From Candidatus Micrarchaeia archaeon (lineage in GTDB: Archaea > Micrarchaeota > Micrarchaeia > CABMEP01), in assembly GCA_038886535.1 (NCBI GenBank), contig JAVZXS010000003.1:32001-96000 (forward strand): a stretch of 64,000 bases of DNA, given 5' to 3'. The notes below the pieces were generated by a model that saw nothing but the letters and a program-made list of their open reading frames with translations, was not told where the DNA came from and ran no database searches. Of the stretch, positions 60,752 through 64,000 are shown one piece after another (position 1 is the stretch's first letter; each line of letters begins with the position of its first letter). Position numbers and translations under genes: made by a program.

Positions 60752-61399
60752 ATGAAATTTAAATTATCAGATTTTGCAGGATTTAATAAGATTTTATTTT
60801 TGCTATTATTGATTATTCCTTTCATCCTTTCAATTTCTCAGCTAGGAGAGAAATGTCAATTTAGTAGGGATTGTGCTGAGGGTTACTGTATAAATGAGAC
60901 ATGCAAGATTCCGGGAGTTTTAGAAAAATACTACACTGCAGGAGAATGTAATTCAACAATGGATTGCACAAATGGATTTTGTTACCAAAACCAATGCATA
61001 ATACCTACAAGAGATCCTTCAGTTACTCCTTTGGGATCAGGACTTTCTAACAGCTGCGCAGGTATAATTGAAAACTGCACTGGAATAATATGTATTTTCT
61101 GTAATGCAACTTGGATAATTCTGCTATTAGCTGCAGCGATGGCTGCCTTCATAGCAAGATCAAAAGGAAGAATAACTCCAATTATATTAATTGCAGTACC
61201 TGTTCTTTCTGGAATAATATTTTTCCCATTCATAGGGTCAATAATTGCATTGCTTGAATTAGTGTTGCTTGCGTTTGTTAAGCCAGCTGCAATTAGAACT
61301 GGAATACAGGATATACTTAAGATAATAAAGAAACAACCAGTTCAAGAAAGAAAGGAAGAACTAAAAGATAAAGATAAGCCAAAAGAAGGAGAAGAATGA
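60752..61399 (+). CDS. small Cys-rich membrane protein sharing the C-terminal module of the upstream gene
   Basis: Two C....DC..G.C....C knots; CAGIIENC..C..CN..W plus TM segments. Confidence 0.75.
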   Translation: MKFKLSDFAGFNKILFLLLLIIPFILSISQLGEKCQFSRDCAEGYCINETCKIPGVLEKYYTAGECNSTMDCTNGFCYQNQCIIPTRDPSVTPLGSGLSNSCAGIIENCTGIICIFCNATWIILLLAAAMAAFIARSKGRITPIILIAVPVLSGIIFFPFIGSIIALLELVLLAFVKPAAIRTGIQDILKIIKKQPVQERKEELKDKDKPKEGEE

Positions 61400-61559
61400 A
61401 GCAGCTTCCTTTTGATTAATTTTTGTATTTTATTTTTACTTTTCTCATGTTCCTAATGTCTTTATCCACACGCTAAGTGATAGCAATTTAAATTTAATTT
61501 CCTTATATTAATTGCTGTTTTAGATATTATAATTAGTCATATTAAAGAGGTAAGATAAT

Positions 61560-64000
61560 ATGGATCCAGTTTCAGAAAAATGGCAAAAAGAATGGAATGA
61601 AGCAAAGATATTTCATGCATTAAGGTCTGACAAGCCTAAGTTTTATCTCGTGTTCGCTTATCCAACTGTTTCTGGAACTCTACATATAGGTCATGCAAGA
61701 AGCTATTCAATTCCAGATATAATTGCAAGATATAAAAGAATGAAAGGATACAATGTTTTCTTTCCATTAGGTTTTCATGCAACTGGGGTGGATTGTGCAA
61801 AAATATATGAAGAATGCAAGGCTGATTACAAAAAAGGAGCAAAGAAATATGGAATTGAAGAGGAGGCTGCAAAGAAATTTACCTCACCATTGGATGTTGA
61901 CAAGTATCTTGAAAAGAGAATTATAAATGCATTCAAGAGGCTCGGCTTAAGCATCGATGAGAGTACAGCAACATCTACTATAGATCCACATTACAATAAA
62001 TTCATACAATGGCAATATAGGAGACTCAATTCTCTTGGTCTTTTAAAGCAAGGAGATTATGTTCTTCCTTATTGCAATGAATGCCAGCAAGTAATTAGCA
62101 TTGATGCTGCTCAGGCAGAGATTGCAGAGGGAGAGGATGCGGAAGTAAAGGAATACGAAGTAATCAAGTTCAAGGATGAGAAAGGAACAATATATCCAAT
62201 TGCAACTTTAAGACCTGAAACTATTTTTGGTGTTACAAATCTTTGGGTAAATCCAGATTCTTACTATGTAGAGGCAAAGGTCGATAGTGAAACATGGATA
62301 ATTTCTGAGCATGCTGTTGAAAAATTTGTGAACCTAGGAAAGAAAATAGAGATTAAAAGAAAGATCAAGGGAGAACAGCTTAAGGATATATCTGTAATAA
62401 ATCCTGCAAATGGAAAGAGCGTAAAGATAATACCTGCAACATTTGTTGACTCGTCTGAAGCAACAGGAGTTGTAATGAGCGTTCCTGCGCATGATCCATA
62501 TGATTACATGCATTACAAAGAAGCAACAAATGCTGAAGATTCTACAATTCCTTTTGTTGTGGACATGCATCTTGATGGAATTCCAAGTGCAGTTATATTG
62601 AAGAAACATAATGGAGATGCTGAGGCAGCTGTAAAAGAGCTTTACAAGCTTGAATATAGGGGAACAATAAGAAAAGACATTCCAGTAATTGGAGGGATGC
62701 CGACTGCAAAGGCAAAGGATGCAATTATATCCTATCTTTCTGAAAAAGGAGTCACAGACAAGATATATGAATTTACAGTAAAGCAGGTTAAGGATAGATT
62801 CGGACATCCGGTAGTAATAAAGAAAATATCTGGCCAATGGTTTGTAAATTATGCTAACAAGCAATGGAAGGAATTGGCAAAAGAATGCATAGATCAGATG
62901 AATACCTATCCTCCAGAATATAAGAAGGAACTTCCATCTATAATAGATTGGTTGAGAGAGAGACCTCTTATTAGAAAAAGAGGGCTTGGAACAGAATTTC
63001 CATTTGCTAAGGGTTGGGTAATTGAGGCACTTTCTGATTCCACAATCTACATGGCATTCTATGTGGTTTCAAGAGCAATAAATACTGGCAAGCTTAAAGT
63101 TGATGAAATAGACGATGCTTTCTTTGATTACATCTATCTTGGGAAAGAAGGAAATCTTAAGTGCAGCAAAGAGGTAGCGGAAGAAATCAGGAAAGATTTT
63201 GAGTACTTCTATCCTCTTGATTTGAATTTCGGAGGAAAAGAGCACAAGACTGTTCATTTCCCATTCTTTATATTCCATCACGCTGCAATATTTGAAAGAA
63301 GATTCTGGCCCAAGGGAATTTTTGTTAACTGGCATCTTATTGTTGAAGGAGAAAAAATGTCAAAGAGCAAGGGCAATGTTGTATTTTGGGATGATGCGAT
63401 AGACAAATATGGGCCGGATGCGATAAGATTCTATATGGCGCATGGAACAAACCAATGGAATGACTTTGACTGGAAGAGTGCGGAAATGGATAGATACTAT
63501 GCACACCTTGAAAATCTTAAGAAATTATTTGATGACTTGATAGAGTCAGCAGACAGTGGTAAAAGCAATGCTGAGATAAATAAGTGGGGAGAAACAATAT
63601 TTGCAAAGAGATTAAAGATGATTGAAACAGAGCTTGAAAGGTATGAGATTAGAAATGCAGCTTCGATTGCATTCTTTGAGATAAAGAATGATATTCAATG
63701 GCTAAAATCAAGAGGAGGAAATGTCAGCAAGGAATTGCTTGGAAATTGGCTTAAGATTCTTTCTCCATTCATCCCGCATACAGCGGAGGAGTATTGGCAT
63801 AAGCTTGGAAACAACACTCTTATAAGTTCAGAAAAATGGCCAGTAGTGGAAGAGCCAGATCAATCAATACTTAAGGCAGAAGAGGAAATAAGAACTATGG
63901 TGGATGACTTGAATAATTTAACTAGGATTATGAAGGAGAAAAAAACAAAATTATATGTCTATAGCATGCCTAATGAAGTTCAATACATCAAAAATGCAGC
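61560..64000 (+). CDS. leuS: leucyl-tRNA synthetase (archaeal type), truncated by the window end
   Basis: MDPVSEKWQKEW, AYPTVSGTLHIGH, ATLRPETIFG, TGVVMSVPAHDPYD, EALSDSTIY, KMSKSKGN; missing from the ORF track because there is no stop in the window. Confidence 0.95.
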   Translation, partial: MDPVSEKWQKEWNEAKIFHALRSDKPKFYLVFAYPTVSGTLHIGHARSYSIPDIIARYKRMKGYNVFFPLGFHATGVDCAKIYEECKADYKKGAKKYGIEEEAAKKFTSPLDVDKYLEKRIINAFKRLGLSIDESTATSTIDPHYNKFIQWQYRRLNSLGLLKQGDYVLPYCNECQQVISIDAAQAEIAEGEDAEVKEYEVIKFKDEKGTIYPIATLRPETIFGVTNLWVNPDSYYVEAKVDSETWIISEHAVEKFVNLGKKIEIKRKIKGEQLKDISVINPANGKSVKIIPATFVDSSEATGVVMSVPAHDPYDYMHYKEATNAEDSTIPFVVDMHLDGIPSAVILKKHNGDAEAAVKELYKLEYRGTIRKDIPVIGGMPTAKAKDAIISYLSEKGVTDKIYEFTVKQVKDRFGHPVVIKKISGQWFVNYANKQWKELAKECIDQMNTYPPEYKKELPSIIDWLRERPLIRKRGLGTEFPFAKGWVIEALSDSTIYMAFYVVSRAINTGKLKVDEIDDAFFDYIYLGKEGNLKCSKEVAEEIRKDFEYFYPLDLNFGGKEHKTVHFPFFIFHHAAIFERRFWPKGIFVNWHLIVEGEKMSKSKGNVVFWDDAIDKYGPDAIRFYMAHGTNQWNDFDWKSAEMDRYYAHLENLKKLFDDLIESADSGKSNAEINKWGETIFAKRLKMIETELERYEIRNAASIAFFEIKNDIQWLKSRGGNVSKELLGNWLKILSPFIPHTAEEYWHKLGNNTLISSEKWPVVEEPDQSILKAEEEIRTMVDDLNNLTRIMKEKKTKLYVYSMPNEVQYIKNA

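Noticed and set aside
1233..63335. Numerous short antisense or overlapping ORFs in the track (e.g. 30058-30510, 41585-42148, 43858-44352, 62334-62864)
   Set aside because: Shadows of well-supported genes on the opposite strand; Ser/Phe/Ile-rich composition and no motifs

Overview
AT-rich archaeal chromosomal segment. Archaeal origin is shown by the alpha2 GlyRS, Cbf5, L14e/L18e, RpoD/RpoN, deoxyhypusine synthase, intron-containing tRNAs and BRE/TATA promoters. Gene content suggests a DPANN-type lineage, possibly Micrarchaeota-like (inference). The first ~19 kb is housekeeping: glyS, PINA ATPase, Hef-like helicase, secF/secD, rpl14e-cbf5, the rps13...rps2 cluster with three intron-containing tRNAs, an agmatinase-like gene and dys. 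The middle holds duplicated DEDD-like exonucleases around a repeat-flanked AAA ATPase, an Lhr helicase, a bacterial-type nrdR-nrdJ module with tandem NrdR boxes, and ftsZ. An accessory tract (~38-52 kb) carries a solo serine recombinase, an MgtA-type P-ATPase, orphan coiled-coil membrane proteins and a decayed gene. The end has a B12 radical SAM enzyme, pyrB, a divergent AdoMetDC-family protein, a GH57-like protein, a DEAD-box pseudogene, Cys-rich surface proteins and the 5' part of leuS. Most notable: T-loop tRNA introns (one with a duplicated internal module), a pseudoknot-capable 170-nt leader upstream of PINA, an NrdR regulon in an archaeon, and the exonuclease/repeat/ATPase/repeat/exonuclease cassette. 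All protein calls come from motif recognition by eye; no database search was run.
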